The position numbers and the translations under genes are program-made. Shown here one piece after another: positions 1 through 13,812 of a DNA stretch of 64,000 bases. The notes beneath the pieces are model-generated. The model did not search any database. It saw only the letters and a list, made by a program, of their open reading frames with translations, and was not told the origin of the DNA. Origin of the DNA: Podarcis filfolensis (lineage: Eukaryota); assembly GCA_964270895.1 (NCBI GenBank), contig OZ185441.1; one strand, written 5' to 3'. Within the stretch, counting starts at the first letter, position 1; each line of letters opens with the position of its first letter.

Positions 1-751
1 CCAGGGAACACAGGAAGTTGCATTATTAAGAGATCAAACTATTCATCTTTCTAGCCTAGTAATATCTACCCCGTAGAGGCTCTCCAGGATCTCAGCCAGA
101 TGGACGTTTGATTTCCTAGCATATTTGCAAGGATAACATGTAAAGTGGATCATATTCCGGGAGAATTTCCCGTTTCTGAATAAACTGCAGTTTAATGGCC
201 AGTATTTCTCTCTTGGATACAACAAGTCTCGGGCAGACACACAACTCATAAAACAATCATAGAATTTTCTGCTGCACAACTGACATTCTAAATCACATGG
301 GGAGACTCTACACGTAGAAGAGGTTCTCTGCTTCAGACTTCCACCCTCCATTGGTTGGCAGGCTGGGGGGGTTGGTTGGGGGATGGGAAGAATTTAGCAC
401 ACTCGTCCCCACTCTCTGTGCTAGCTTGTAGGTTTTACATGCAAGCAGAGCACCCAAGTAGGGCTTAGGAGGCATTGCGTTTCTGACCTTCACTTCTTAA
501 ACTGCTGCTGAGCTGGTAATGATTTGATTCATTTTTGAGACTTGAGGAAACAGCTAATGCCAAACACAGTATCAATATCAGACCTTTGAAAGTGCCCAGT
601 AGCGATTCTCAAAAACATCTGGGGAACCGTGCTGGATCTGGCCAAAGGCCCATCTGTCTCAGTGTTGTGTTGTTACTGTGGCCAACCAAATGCCTTACGG
701 GAAGCAGGAGTTTGGTGCAATGGCACTCTTGTAAGAGTGAAACGATCTCCT

Positions 752-893
752 TCAGGAGGTTGTGGGCTCTCCTTCCTTGGAGGTTTTTAAGCGTGGCCAT
801 CTGTCATGGGTGCTTTAGCTGAGATTCCTGCATTGCAGGGGGTTGGACTAGATGACCCTTGGGGTCCCTTCCAACTCTACAATTCTATGATTC
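752..893 (+). mobile_element. CR1 LINE 3' end fragment
   Basis: Ends in the CR1-type tail GGGGGTTGGACTAGATGACCCTTGGGGTCCCTTCCAACTCTACAATTCTATGATTC; the same tail recurs elsewhere in the window. Confidence 0.8.
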
Positions 894-1629
894 CCAGGAA
901 CTGGTATTCATAGGAATAGTGCTCAAGTCCCTGAGTCATTTATATAGCACAGCACTTGTCCTAGGTGTTCAAAAGGTTCTTCACACATGAAATCCAGTTC
1001 AGACTTTACCTTGGTCTAGCTCTGAGCTTCTCCAGCGTTTCGCCTGCCGTCTTCATAAGGGCTCCTCCAGTCACTTCACTTTGTCCTATCAATAATAAAT
1101 GGCCCACAGTGAGAAATCATATCAAACTTAAAAGGAGGAAGGGGAAACAGACACTACAGTGTAAAACGGAGCTTTAAAATCCTGCTCACATATAAACAAT
1201 AGGAGCATAATGAAATTATGCCTGCTGAGGCATCTGGTTATTGCCGTTGTAATAACGCCATTCATAACAAAAAAAGGGCAGCATGCCACACAAAAGAAAG
1301 GCAAAATTAAATTTTGAAAAATACAGTACGGCTCCTGCTGCCAGACCCATCGAGTTGAGACCACACACCTGAGAGTCAATTACAGAATTCTTACAGACCT
1401 GTCACATGCTGCACTCACTGTGGGGAAATGACAAATGATTGTTTGCCACACGTCGAACCATCTACAACAACATCAGCATCAAGCAACATTGTCATGAACC
1501 TCCCCTCTTTCTATGCGCCGATCCTACAGCAGCTAATGTGGGGGACCTTGGACAACTGGATATTGAAGCCCAATAATACTAGATAGAACCCAGGGTGGTC
1601 AAAGAGGTTGAATGGTGGGAGAAGTTCTG

Positions 1630-1930
1630 AAAGGAAGCCGTTTTTCACACAGCACATAGAATGGAACTTGATGCCTCAAGGTGCAGCAAAGGCCACCAAC
1701 TTGGACAGCTTTAAAAGACGGAACAAATTCATGGACGATAAGGCTATCCATGGCTGCTAGCCATGTTGGTCATATATTTTCTCCAGCATCAGAGGCAAAA
1801 TGCTATGGGTTATCAGCTGCTAAAGAGCTTTCATGCCCTCCTTCGGGCTTCCAACAGGCATCTGGTTGGCCACTGTGGTAAACAGGATGCTATGCAGACT
1901 AGATATGCCTCTCTCATAGGCAGCCTCATA
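1630..1930 (+). mobile_element. Old, diverged CR1-type LINE 3' fragment
   Basis: Degenerate CR1 3' motifs (GCCACCAACTTGGACAGCTTTAAAAG, GGCATCTGGTTGGCCACTGTG...CAGGATGCT...GACTAGAT); a related tail lies at ~5540-5660. Boundaries approximate. Confidence 0.55.
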
Positions 1931-3385
1931 CACTAAGCTGAGGAAACAACAGCACTTGTTCTCTTGACTGAGTGTGTGTACAACGAATGTACAGTACTTG
2001 GGCAGGGGGAGAATGGGATCCCAGCAACAAGTTGTGTCCCTTGACCTTTTTGCATGGTTCCTATGTACATTCAAGCAGTATGTCAGACAGGAACCCACCT
2101 GCATATACCAGAATTTATGGGCATACAGTTTTTTATGTACAAAGGTATTTGCATAGACTAAGTCAGGGCTTGTCAGCATGATCCCGTTTCCCCCATTTGT
2201 GTTCAGTTGTGCTAACGTTTGCAATTAAATTATCAAAATTATCTATGGGAGTATATGTATGAAGAAGATCAATTGTGCTAAGGCTAGTTCTTGCAGTGTT
2301 TTTCTCTTACATACCCAAGGAAGCTGACCTTGGCTGTGTGCACATCACAGCTGGCCTGGACTAGACATGTCCTAATAAGCTAGCGTTCCAAAAAGAAGCA
2401 TGTTTGTTATGAAATAAATTATAAGAAACTTCCATGCACAACTCCCTGCCCTCCGCCGCCCACATGTAAAAGTCTGTCCTATTAAGTAGAGGCTTGTAAA
2501 GGAATGAGTGGCTTAAGAAAAAAAAAAATCCCCAGTGGCTGCTATGCTTTCTATAAATGCTATTATAGATAAAATAAAAATAATCAATCACCTCTCTCAA
2601 ACTGAAATGAAACAAGACTGACAATTTGGAACAGTGCTCAGTATTGTTACCCGGAAAAGTAAAGGTAAGTCACATGGCACATGCAGTTGTAGTGCCAGTT
2701 TCCTCTTAAAGCCAGCCAAGGGACCTTGCAAACCAGTTGCTGGCTCCTGGTCTCCTATAAGAAGTTACAAGGGGACTAGTGTTTGGGTCTGCACCAACCT
2801 TTTGCTTTTGCAAACATTTACCTTGACATCACTACTCATGAAAACATACTAAGCAAAGCTCTGTTTTGGAAATTAGGAACATTTTTTCCCTAAAGAAAAT
2901 ATGATTATGACTCCAGTCCGAAATATGTTAAGTTGGAATGCTGCTGAAATCAATTAGATTTGATTTAGGGAAAACGTGGTTAGGACCAGGCTACAACTTT
3001 GCTTAAATATTACTTTAATAATACTTTACTAGAATTGCAATTTTAATAAATACTTTACTAGAATATAACTTTAATTAAAAAAATAACATGTATCAATAGC
3101 TTGCACAGTTACTATTAGAGTTACACTACACTACGCTATTAGAGTTACACTACAGTTTCTGTGACTATATAGTTCATACAGGGCTGTCTCTATGTTGGCT
3201 CCACCTTGGCAAAGTGTTCTCTGGTGGACCCCTTTCTATGTTGATATCCCACCAGCTCCCCTACCCCACAGTTGGTTTACCTAGCAACAGATGTCAAAGG
3301 AGCCCATCTTCTCACCAAAAATGTTTCAACATCTATACAAAGCCACTGAGTGAAACTGTAAATAGCGTTAGGGCTGGGTGTAAAT

Positions 3386-3521
3386 CAGGCATAGGCAAAC
3401 TCTGGCCCTCCAGATGTTTGAGACTACAATTCCCACCATCTCTGACCACTGGTCCTGTTACCTAGGGATGATGGGAATTGTAGCCCCAAACATGTGGAGA
3501 GCCGGAGTTTTCCTATGCCTA
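3386..3521. mobile_element. hAT-type MITE (~135 bp, CTACAAYTCCCA family)
   Basis: TIRs CAGGCATAGGCAAACT / AGTTTTCCTATGCCTA; 8-bp TSD GTGTAAAT / GTATAAAT; internally palindromic. Confidence 0.85.
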
Positions 3522-3540
3522 GTATAAATCAATATGCATG

Positions 3541-3640
3541 CAGAATGATAGGATTTAAAGGGATTCCAAGGATCACCTAGTCCAACCTCCTGCAATACAG
3601 GAATCTCAAGTAAAGCATCCATGATAGATGACCATGGATG
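3541..3640 (-). mobile_element. CR1 tail fragment
   Basis: Reverse complement of the tail at 752-893 (CTAGTCCAACCTCCTGCAATACAGGAATCTC). Confidence 0.65.
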
Positions 3641-3897
3641 GACAGATGACAGCATCACATAGCCCAGAGATACATGAAAAAAGTAAAGAAATGCAGCTCT
3701 TGGGTCTGCTTGAGTAGGGAGTTTCTGACTTATATTGGAAGCAATGGGTTTTTTTTTATCAGAGGAGGGAGGGAAGGAAGGAGGGATGGGGGCTCAGTGC
3801 TGCTCATGGCACCCATGACCATCACCCCAGGGTGCCATAGCACACTGGTTGAAAACCACTGCCCTAAAGAATGAAAGCATTTCTCCATTAAGAGTAA

Positions 3898-3926
3898 ATG
3901 ATGATGATGATGATGATGATGATGAT
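3898..3926. repeat. (ATG)n microsatellite
   Basis: Perfect trinucleotide run; it produces the poly-His stretch in ORF 3730..4197. Confidence 0.95.
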
Positions 3927-4454
3927 ATAGGATCCTCAATAATTTAGAGTGTTGTGGGCTTCTGCTTGTGGTGTGCGGCTCCCACCCTCTGCTCCCCGTG
4001 CCCCCCAAAACTGGCTCTAGGGCAGTTGGGAGAACCCCCAGAACAGAATATGGGGGAAGGAGAGGGGGACTGTTCCACTTGGCAAGCAGAAAGAAAAGCT
4101 CGCCCTGATGGAACGATTGACATAGCACAACATTGAATTCCTTCCCCCGTATGCTTTTAATATCCTGATGCATGTCCACATGAACCACAAATGTCAAAAG
4201 GATATTAATTTAATCTCACTCCTTTTTTTAAAAAAATACGACTTGTGTATTATATTAGACCCATTAATTCAGTTAACTTGTGAATCCTTGGAAATATATG
4301 TTTGTTATTTGGAACATATGCTCAACTTAAATTACTTGCAGAAATTCCAGTTTTACACATGATAAACTAGTTGAGTGGGAAGTGAAATGCTAAAAAAAAA
4401 AGCTGACACCCTGATCTTAAGCATCTGCATTGGCACATCCGTCAATTCCTAGCC

Positions 4455-4589
4455 CAGCCTTCCTTAACATTGCATCTTCCAGATACTTTGAACTACAACT
4501 CCCATCAGCCCAGTCAGCATGGCCAATGGTCAGGTATGATGGCACATGTAGTATGACATATCTGAAGCGCACCAGGTTGGGGAAGCCTG
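4455..4589. mobile_element. hAT-type MITE, diverged copy of the CTACAAYTCCCA family
   Basis: Ends CAGCCTTCC / GGAAGCCTG; degenerate TSD TCCTAGCC / TCCTAGAG; core GAACTACAACTCCCATCA. Confidence 0.65.
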
Positions 4590-4597
4590 TCCTAGAG

Positions 4598-4830
4598 CCT
4601 TCTGTCCCGGATAATTATCAGCCAGTTTCTACTGTCCCTTTCTCTGTGTGCAAGATGTTTAAGCAAATGGTAGGTTCTTGGATAGTATGGATCCATTCCA
4701 GTTGGGAAGACGGCTTTGTTCGGGGACTGAATCTGCACTGACAGATGACCTACACTGGAAACTGCATAGGGGGAGCGTGGCATCATCATTTCTGCAGGAT
4801 TGCTCTGTGTCTTTCAACGCCACCTACTCT
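4598..4830 (+). mobile_element. Degraded L2/CR1-clade LINE reverse transcriptase fragment
   Basis: Translations PDNYQPVSTVPF...KMFKQMV and DPFQ...GTESALTDDL resemble RT motifs NYRPISNLPF and DPxQSGFRxxxSTETAL; frameshifted. Confidence 0.6.
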
Positions 4831-5108
4831 GGTAACCTCTGGATTCTCTACCTGGGTTACAGATGGTTTTGTGACGGCTTCAGCACTATTTGAAAGGCAA
4901 GTTCCAGAAGGTGGTGCTGAGCCACTGCTCAGCCCCTTAGCCTTTGGTCTATGGGTCCTATGGAACTCCCGTTTCGTCCCCTGTGCTCGTTATAGCTACA
5001 TTAAACCCACTGGCAATGGCCACTTAAAAGTATGGAGCACAAGCTTACCCAGGAAAGCAGTCTGAGGAACTAAGGGAAATCAAAGCCACAAGAGACAATG
5101 TTTTAGGC

Positions 5109-5358
5109 CATAGGCAGGCAAACTAAGGCCCGGGGGCTGGATCCGGCCCAATCGCCTTCTAAATCTGGCTCACGGACGGTCTGGGAATCAGCGTGTTTTT
5201 ACATGAGTAGAATGTGTCCTTTTATTTAAAATGCATCTCTGGGTTATTTGTGGGGCATAGGAATTCATTCTTTTTTTTTTCAAAAATATAATCGGGGCCC
5301 CCACAAGGTCTGAGGGACAGCGGACCGGCCCCCTGCTGAAAAAGTTTGCTGACCCCTG
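5109..5358. mobile_element. hAT-type MITE (Charlie-like ends)
   Basis: Right TIR AAGTTTGCTGACCCCTG; exact 8-bp TSD TTTTAGGC at 5101-5108 and 5359-5366; same family as 11212-11534 in opposite orientation. Confidence 0.9.
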
Positions 5359-7097
5359 TTTTAGGCTTTACTGACAAATTTAAAACAAACTCATCATTGG
5401 GACGAAATGGCATCAATATCAGATTGCGGATCATCTAATAAAAATATGTAACTTTGTCCCTAAGCTCAGCCTCCTTATGTGAGGACTGTATCAGAGGTGG
5501 TGTGCCTCTGAATAGCAGTTGTGGGAGACCATAAATGGAGATAGCTGTGTTGCGTTCATGCCCTGCTTGTGGGCTTCCTATAGGCATCCGATTGTCTACC
5601 GTGAGAACAAGATGCTAGGCTAGGGGAGGTCTTTTGCTTGATGCAGTAGGCTCTCAACAACCGGCAAGGAGTGTAGCCCAGAGGCCGAGCATCTGTCTTA
5701 TATGCCAGACAAACAAAAAGCAGATCCCACAAGCCTGAAGAGCTACTATTCCTGATACGGATTATGGAAATAAGCCAATCCCGTGCCTCCGCAGCCACAT
5801 TCTGTCCATCCAATCACTGCTCCAGAGGTGCGTAGGACCAGGCACAATGCCCTCCTCTACTGGTGCAATGCCACAAATAAGAGTTTGGGGGCTAGCCATC
5901 ACAAAGAAGCTCCAGACCTAGTACCAGAATGTCAAGCACTGAAAGTGTTAAGGGCAGCCGAGCTTCCCTGAAACTAGCAGAGGAGGAGGTGGAGCCTTTG
6001 AAAGTTCTGATATGTGATATTCTAAGGACCATTTGAGCATCCCAGCCAATGCTGTTTTTTTCCTAGTGCCTGCCTCATGAGGAAAATGGCTCTTGCTCAC
6101 TTGTCAGGGACTGCAGCGCAAGCGACTGTTTGCACTGCGGCAATTCAAGTAATTCTGTAAGTTTGCTTCTTTTTCTACTAGTAACAGCCTGCAAGGAACT
6201 CTTCCGAATCCGTTGCCAAATGCAGAATGCAATAAAGGGTTAAATGATATACCAATTAAACACAGCAGATATATAAACATGGAAATTTATATCTGAATCA
6301 GATTGGATTGCACAAATTACTGAAGACCACATATTTTCACGCAATGATGTGGACTTTTGGTAGGCAGCAGCCTTAAATGGCTTGTGGGTGGTGCTGACCG
6401 TACCTTTCATATATACAGTGGTACCATGCAAAAAATTTGTCAAACTTTCAGCTAAAACACTGTGGAAGCTAAAAATGCAAGGAGAAGCACTCCATCAACA
6501 AACAAAAACAGTTTATGTAAATTAAATGCAAAATATAACATTTAAAAATCTTATTATAAAAATGTATTTTGTGTATTTTGTTAAATATGCTTTTGCAATA
6601 GTAGTCAAGTATGCCAATAGATGACATCTCTACCACTATGGCAAGTTAGTGCATAATTAAGAAGTCTTGCAGTTGAAAAGAACTACTGCATACTTTTGCT
6701 TTTATAAAAAGCACCTTTTAAATGTTCTTTGAATCTGCTGACAAGAATGATTTTTTTTTAATGCATTTACTCAAATGAACAGTATTTGCACCTCAGTGCA
6801 GATTTTCAACCCTAATATATTCTAGCTCCCCTTACTATTTCAAGTGCATTCAGAATCTGTCTGTATCTGAACACATAGTGACAATCTTGAATTCCACTTT
6901 TGGATGCAGTCCTGTAGTTTTACATGAGAGTAACCCCCACTGAACTCAACAGGGCTTACTTCTGAGTTAGGCATTGCCCTGTTGGGAACCAACTGTCACT
7001 CAAATCCTCTGTCTCTCCATAGTAATGGCTAGTACTGAAATTTAGTACCAAAAGAGCACATTCAGAATATTAGCATGTTTTGATAATGTCTTATATT

Positions 7098-7237
7098 CAG
7101 TGCTTTCTTTCTAGAAAAAGAGGTGCCGGTACTCACCATGAAGTTTCTACAGTAAGTGCAGCACTTTTTAACAACAACAAAAAGAGGTGCTGGTATTGTG
7201 TACCCTTGAGTGCCCCCCGAAGAAAAAAAATGCACTA
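7098..7237. mobile_element. hAT-type MITE (CAGTGCTTTT family)
   Basis: Ends CAGTGCTTT / AAATGCACTA; exact 8-bp TSD CTTATATT at 7090-7097 and 7238-7245; related copies at 27376 and 62461. Confidence 0.85.
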
Positions 7238-10200
7238 CTTATATTGCTGCCTAGTTGATTAATTTCAAACCCCCCTCCCAAAATGGTCGGAACATTTTAG
7301 TTTAACCAAACATATAACTATAAAATCACTGGATAAGAGCTGAATGAATAATAACAATCCCCAAAGCCACGTACACAGTTTTCATCTGCTTTGTCGACTG
7401 CAACCATTTTCAGATTATACACTTAAGTAGTCGAACCATAACTGTCATCGGCAGCATAAAGCTTTTCTATATTGGAATCAGATAACCGTTCAAATGAGGG
7501 GAAGGAGGGGGGGGAAGACTTATCTAATTCAAAGTATATATACTGTACAAATCGTACGGTTGAAAATCTCCTGCAGTTTAAAGCACTTGAGCATTACGGT
7601 ATCCACAAACCTGTAACAGAATTCCATCCTACGCCCAGAAGCTAAACAAAATCGCCAAGGATGATGGAAAAGCAGGCGTGTAACACATACATGGCTGCAA
7701 CCATGAAACACATGGCTGCATTTTCTCCTGTGCCGTTGAAGTTAAAGGTGCTGAACCACTTTTGTCTCTTTCTGATATGGATCCAAGATGCCAGGCATGG
7801 AGACCAGGGCAATGAAACTAATGCAGTCAGCCTTAGCAAATTAGGTAAATTAGAAATCGTTTGATGGCATTCTATTGTTGCCATTGTAATCACAATAATT
7901 TTCATTGGTAATGGTGCTTCGTGATGAAGTGGGATTCTCACGGAATAATTGTGAAAGGTATACTGGAAGAATCGGCGTGTAGCATCTGGCTGCAAAAAGG
8001 AAGAAAAAAAGCTCTTCGGATTCAAATTGGCATTATATTTTATCTTGAAAATTTATTAGAGATTCACATCATGCCATTTTAAGTGGAAAAGGTGAAAGCA
8101 GAGTAATTTTGTTCTATGAATTATTCATAATTATTCAGACTGGGTGAAGCTGCCATCCAGGCACTGACAGTTTCTTCTGCTCTGAGCCTCCGTTTACGCT
8201 TGTCATTTTTATTCCTTTATCTGCGATCGCTTTCTTAGTTACAGAACTTGTCCCTTAGGGCTTCCTCTTCGCAAAAAAACAACAAAAACCTGAGTCTTTC
8301 AAATCTGCAAAGGATGTGCCACTTGCCACAAATCACAGTTCTCCATGAGCTGTCTTTTTCTCTCCCCCCATCACATCGCCACCCCCCCCCAATAGCATTT
8401 TGAAAACCCACATCCACAACGTTGCCTGTTCTTTGATTAGATGGCTTTAGAGAAGGAAAAAGAAACAGCAAAATACAAAAAAAAAGAGCGTGTTGCAACT
8501 GATGAAGAGTTATATATTCTCCTGAAACAACAACCCAGAAGATAGTGCTGTTTTGTGCGTCTTCCTTTGTTGTCAATGTAACCCATTCTAGCTGCATAGC
8601 ATCACGCAGAAAGAAACAACTGTTAAGGCAGGCTGACTTCAGTGCCCTCGCTTCCAATGTGACGCGGACAAGGACTGCGCTCACGACAGACTAATCCACA
8701 CAAATATACACTTAGGAGGCTAAAAAAAAAGGAGAGAGAGAAAAGAAAACCACAAGTAAATAGCTGCTTATGGAAAAGAAATGTAAAAAACAGAAACCAG
8801 CAGCAGTTGGGTAGCAAAGTGGAGCACTCGATTCTCACAGGCTGAAAGCGAAAGAGATTGCAATCCCAGAGATTCTCCACTTGATGGCTGGCTGTGACAC
8901 TGCTAGCCGACTGCTACCCTGCATCCATCCAAAAGGACTGGGATTGATTTAGGTCAGGGAGTCTGCTTTCTCGCTTGAGCTTTTGCTCTAACCGGTGGGA
9001 GAAACTGTGGCTATATCTATAGGACCAGGAACTAATATATTACTCTGGGATATTGAGAAGGCTTCCGCAGCAGAGCGCTTGCAAAAAACAACAACAACCC
9101 AAAACAGAAGGGGGGGTTAAAAAGGCCCCAGACAGTAACAGGTATCGTCTCCTTTGTCCTGTTCCTGCAGGTGTGTGTCGTTGTGGCATAAGCAACTGTT
9201 CACATACAAGGCAGAAAAACCAATCGCTCTTCGTCAGAGGCAATTTAGGTAAAAGGCTCCGAGCAGTGCATGCCTCCGTTCAAGAGACGCTGCGAATGTC
9301 TGAAGCTAACGTGCACATCCAGGTGGTATGCTTCTCCTGGACAAAGGTAAAAAATGTACACCGCAGTAAAACAGATGGAAGGTTTTTTAATACAAAATAA
9401 TAAAGCCTATGCTGCTCCGTGCCCGGTTCTAGGCGTCTGCTTTGCCGCACTGCGACTAGAAAACTGCAGCAGGGAGAGCTCTGGCACTTGCGATAATGTA
9501 GAAAGCAGCAGCTCTGTGACAAAGCAGTCAGCTGACTTGCACTGTTATAATTCAATGTCCTCTCTAAAAATAAGGCCAGTTTCTAAGATAGCACCAGAGG
9601 ATGACCCGGCATACCAAATCCAGCCCCCAAAAAACTGCAAGAAAGGAAGTGGTGCCAGGGATTCTTCTATTATTACCCTATATCGGATGTGTTGTTTTGC
9701 ATGGGGTGACTTGTTTTGGGGGGTGGGAGTCCTGCTGCTTTTAGTAGAGTTACCCTTTGGCATACAGAACTGTTCGCAGCGTTTCTAAAGCTGCTACATA
9801 GCTTTTAGCATCATCATCAAGTGAGGAGCAACAGATAGGCAGGAATGGGTCACAGGCTTGCTAACATGACTCTGAACATGTCTCTGCTGCCCAGATACTG
9901 AAGTAATGGGTGCCGTGGGAAATGCAGACCAAGAAAGGAACAGCAAATGCTAAGAGTCCAGGAGAAAGCTCTTTAGTCTTCATTATCCTGGTGCTCAGAC
10001 AGCAATCCTCCTCCTACAGGTGACAAACGTGCAGCAGTTCTCAGCTAAAGCTAACATGAGCTGATGTCTGAAAATTAGGACAGCATGCCGACATTACACA
10101 TTAAAGCCAGTTTTAAACACGTTCAAGTGTCACAGTAGCAAATCAAGGATCCCTGGGAACTTTAATTCTATGAAGGAGCCATGGTCCCAAGAGAGCATTA

Positions 10201-11211
10201 ACATGAAAAACAAGAGAACCCTGTGGCACCTTGAAGACTATTGTGACACTAGGTTTTTGTCAGCAAAAGCCTACTTTAGCAGATAGATCATTTTGGGGGG
10301 AAATTCTGGATGACTAAACCGGTTTCAGTCTAGTTGAAATGCGTACTGTGCCTGGGCATGAACACCAAAATATTTCATCCGAAGTGGCCCAACAGAAGCC
10401 ACTGGTAGCAGAGAAACCATCTTCCAGTCTACCCATCTTTGACTAGGGCTGCAATCCTATGCACTACTGCATCCAGAGGGCTTGCTTCTGAGGAAAAAAA
10501 TGAGTATGTTGAGAATATTAAGCTAGCATAGGCCTGATCCAAAAGGCCAGTCTCTTTGTAAAGGGTTCTCAGCCATCTAGTCTCCTTTATAATAATATAA
10601 TCATTTATTATTTGTACCCCACCCATCCGACTGGGTCATAGCTGTCAACGTTTCCCTTTTTTTAAGGGAAATTCCCTTATTCCGAATAGGATTCCTCGCA
10701 AGAAAAGGGAAAAGTTGACAGCTATGGACTGGGTTGCGCCAGTCTACGGTATGAAGCTGCAGGGTTTGAATCAACCTTTCCCTGATCAACTAAGTAGCCA
10801 ACAATTCCATCTCTCCACCAGCCATTCCTGTGCCACACTGACAGAAAACACTGCTGTATCCAGAAAAGTATTAAGACTATTGTTCTGTGGATGGGGAAAG
10901 GGAGAATTCATCACCCATGTCCTCTTTCACAGGACCAACTACAATTCCAAACCTAACCTTGCTACACTTCAGTCATGCTCTGATAGGCTTGATAGCCTAC
11001 AAGCCTGTGCCTTTCTTTGCTTAAATTAGATGTGCAGAGGATCCTGCAAGGGCTGAGAACTCCTGCCAGGTGAATTGCTGCCAATTAGATTTGCTGCCAC
11101 CAGCTTCCTTTTTAAAAAAAGCCCAGCACAGATGTGCTCTGTGACTGTAGAAAAGGTGGGAAATGTTTATCTGCTTCTGACAGCCACAGTCTTAAAGATG
11201 TTGCTATATAG

Positions 11212-11534
11212 CAGGGGTCAGCAAACTTTTTCAGCAGGGGGCCGGTCCACTGTCCCTCAGACCTTGTGGGGCGCCAGACTATATTTTGAAAAAATAATCA
11301 TGAATGAATTCCTATGCCCCACAAATAACCCAGAGATGCATTTTAAATAAAAGCACACATTCTACTAATGTAAAAACACCAGGCAGGCCCCACAAATAAC
11401 TGAGAGGTGCATTTTAAATAAAAGGACACATTCTACTCATGTAAAAACATGCTGATTCCCGGACCATACGTGGGCTGGATTTAGAAGGTGATTGGGCCGG
11501 ATCTGGCCCCCGGGCCTTAGTTTACCTACCCATC
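11212..11534. mobile_element. hAT-type MITE (Charlie-like ends)
   Basis: TIR CAGGGGTCAGCAAACT; exact TSD CTATATAG at 11204-11211 and 11535-11542; internal duplication of CCCCACAAATAAC...GCATTTTAAATAAAAG. Confidence 0.9.
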
Positions 11535-11577
11535 CTATATAGATACAAGAAGTTCCTTTTTTTAAATAAAGTTCAAT

Positions 11578-11670
11578 GTTTTATTATATTTTTATATACA
11601 TTGGAAGCTGCCCAGAGTGGCTGGGGCAACCCAGTAAGATGTGTGGGGCATAAATAGTAAAATTATAATT
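11578..11670 (+). mobile_element. Short L2-type 3' tail fragment
   Basis: GGAAGCTGCCCAGAGTGGCTGGGGCAACCCAG...ATAAATAG...ATT matches the tail of the L2 at 23093-23580. Confidence 0.6.
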
Positions 11671-13812
11671 ATGGAATGGGGTGTCCCTATTTTCATCGGA
11701 GAAATGTTGGAGGGTATGGTACAGCTGCAGTGCCACTGGCAGGTGGTGAGTGTCCCGTGGTGGGTAGTGGTGTGGTGGTAGTGTGGCAGAAGAGGGTGGC
11801 ACTTGTTTTGCCTCAAGTGGCAAATTGAGACGTACCACCCTCAGGATTTCAGAACTTGCACCTAACCACCTTACCACCGCCGCAGGGCTCTCAGCAGCAG
11901 TGGCTGCGGCGGTCACAGCCTAGGCGGGTCTGCAAGCAGCCAGCCTTCCTGCGGCCGAGGAGCCCTGCTGGCAGCGGACACTGTGACGGATGCCACAGGG
12001 CCTCCTGCCCCAGGTGCGCCAATCTAACCCTGGCTAGCACAAGGCTTGCCCAGTCCGCTGCCAGGCTTACCGAGCAGCAGGTCAGGTGAGTTCCCTGGAC
12101 CCCTAATTGGGAACCACTGGTCTAGGACATCAAGGATGTCTGTCTATGCTCTGCTAGTCAATAGAGTTTCAGGTGGAAAAGGTAGGCAGGGAGCTGGAAG
12201 CAAATCCTCTGTTGCCCTGCAGCTCTCTGAAGCCGCCTTTGGAAAACAGGAGGAACACCGTGTGTCCGAAATACCCTTCCATTCACTGCTCCCAAAGCCA
12301 ACTTCCAGACTGCATTCAGGAATGTGGGAAATAAATCTCTTTCATCTCCTGCGACCAAATTTAGCATCCACCCACCTCCCACCAGTCTCCAACATTCTGC
12401 TTCTTGATATTAATAGGGATGTGGGGAACTGGGTTTTATACAGAGAGACTGGAAATAGGCCAGAGAAAGCTAGCTGAGACACACATCTATTGAACTCAGC
12501 AGGGCATCTGAACACCCGTGGGGCACTTCACGAATTGTAAGCATCAGTCTTACTAGAACACACATGCACCACAAATGCACATGTATGTGTGACAAATGCA
12601 GACATGTCTGTTCCCCCCACCTTGATATCTTGTGTAGGAAAGTTATCATGTATCAAGCTGCCTAAAATGCACTACATTTTAGTGCATTATATATATAAAA
12701 TTCCATGTAATTCAATATCATTGCCAGGTACCGACTCAGCAATACATATTAGTGTTTGCCTCTTTCCTCTGGGTGGCCGTGGATTTAAATGGTGATTTGC
12801 TCACAGTCACTGCAGGTTTCTGATTTATTAAGCAATAATGAATAAAAGAAACATGCCACCCTGCTTTCCCTATTAAAGGCAACTATTGCATTACTTATTT
12901 ATTTGCACTCTCCTTAAATAAAGTTCAGCTCAGACGGATTCGAAGAGTAATATTCTGGGCCAGATGTTCATCTGAAGTGTTGAGAGGCTAGGATGAGATG
13001 GGAAATTTGAAAAAGGGTGGCAGGGGGTTCTCTTAAGGTTCCCTGTTCAAATGAGTTCTAAAGGTAGGGAGAAAGAAGGGATTTTGTTATATTGCAGCCC
13101 ACGTAATATAGAGAATCAATATAGAGCATTAGAAAAGTGTAGGGTAAACCAAAAGACAGGATATCAAAAAATGCTGCTAGCCCCCCCCCCAGCATGTTCA
13201 ACAATGGTGTTTAAAAAGATCCGAATGCACTTTCCCACTGTAAATATAGAGAGACAAAGTAAAAGTCTTTTGTAGGGTCAATCCTAGGCCACTCAGCCTA
13301 GCTTAAGTTAAGGCCCTGTGCCTGCTTAAAGTCTTGTTTTTTGTTAGTTCTGCACAGAATGAGTTTTGTTTAACTTGGTGAAATCTAGGCTCACAAGGGT
13401 CAAATCTGATAGTATTTAGGCACATAATATAACAGATTAGGAGATGACACAAGCCTAAAGATCTTATCTTTATGTGATCAAGTCACAGCAGCTGGCTTCC
13501 CCTAGCAGCTTAACTCCTTGCTTCCTATCATTTATTCTCTTCTCTTGCTTTTATCTCTGCTTTTCCGTTCCAACCACCCCTTGAGCCAGTTTTGCACCCT
13601 AGCACTGAGAAAAGTAAGATATTGGTTACGAAAACCCTGCACCCTACCCAATGAGAAATTTCAGACATTTTTGTTCACCTGCGGAAATTTTCAAAATACA
13701 ATTCATTTTTCCATTAATTGATGGGTGAAACAAAACACACACAAAATGCATTAGCATTACTGCAAATAGCTATTAACCAGTAACAAGCAGATATAAAAAG
13801 CAAGATAACGAG

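Noticed and set aside
3730-4197. ORF with poly-His tract
   Set aside because: The His run is the (ATG)n microsatellite read on the minus strand; no other coding signal.
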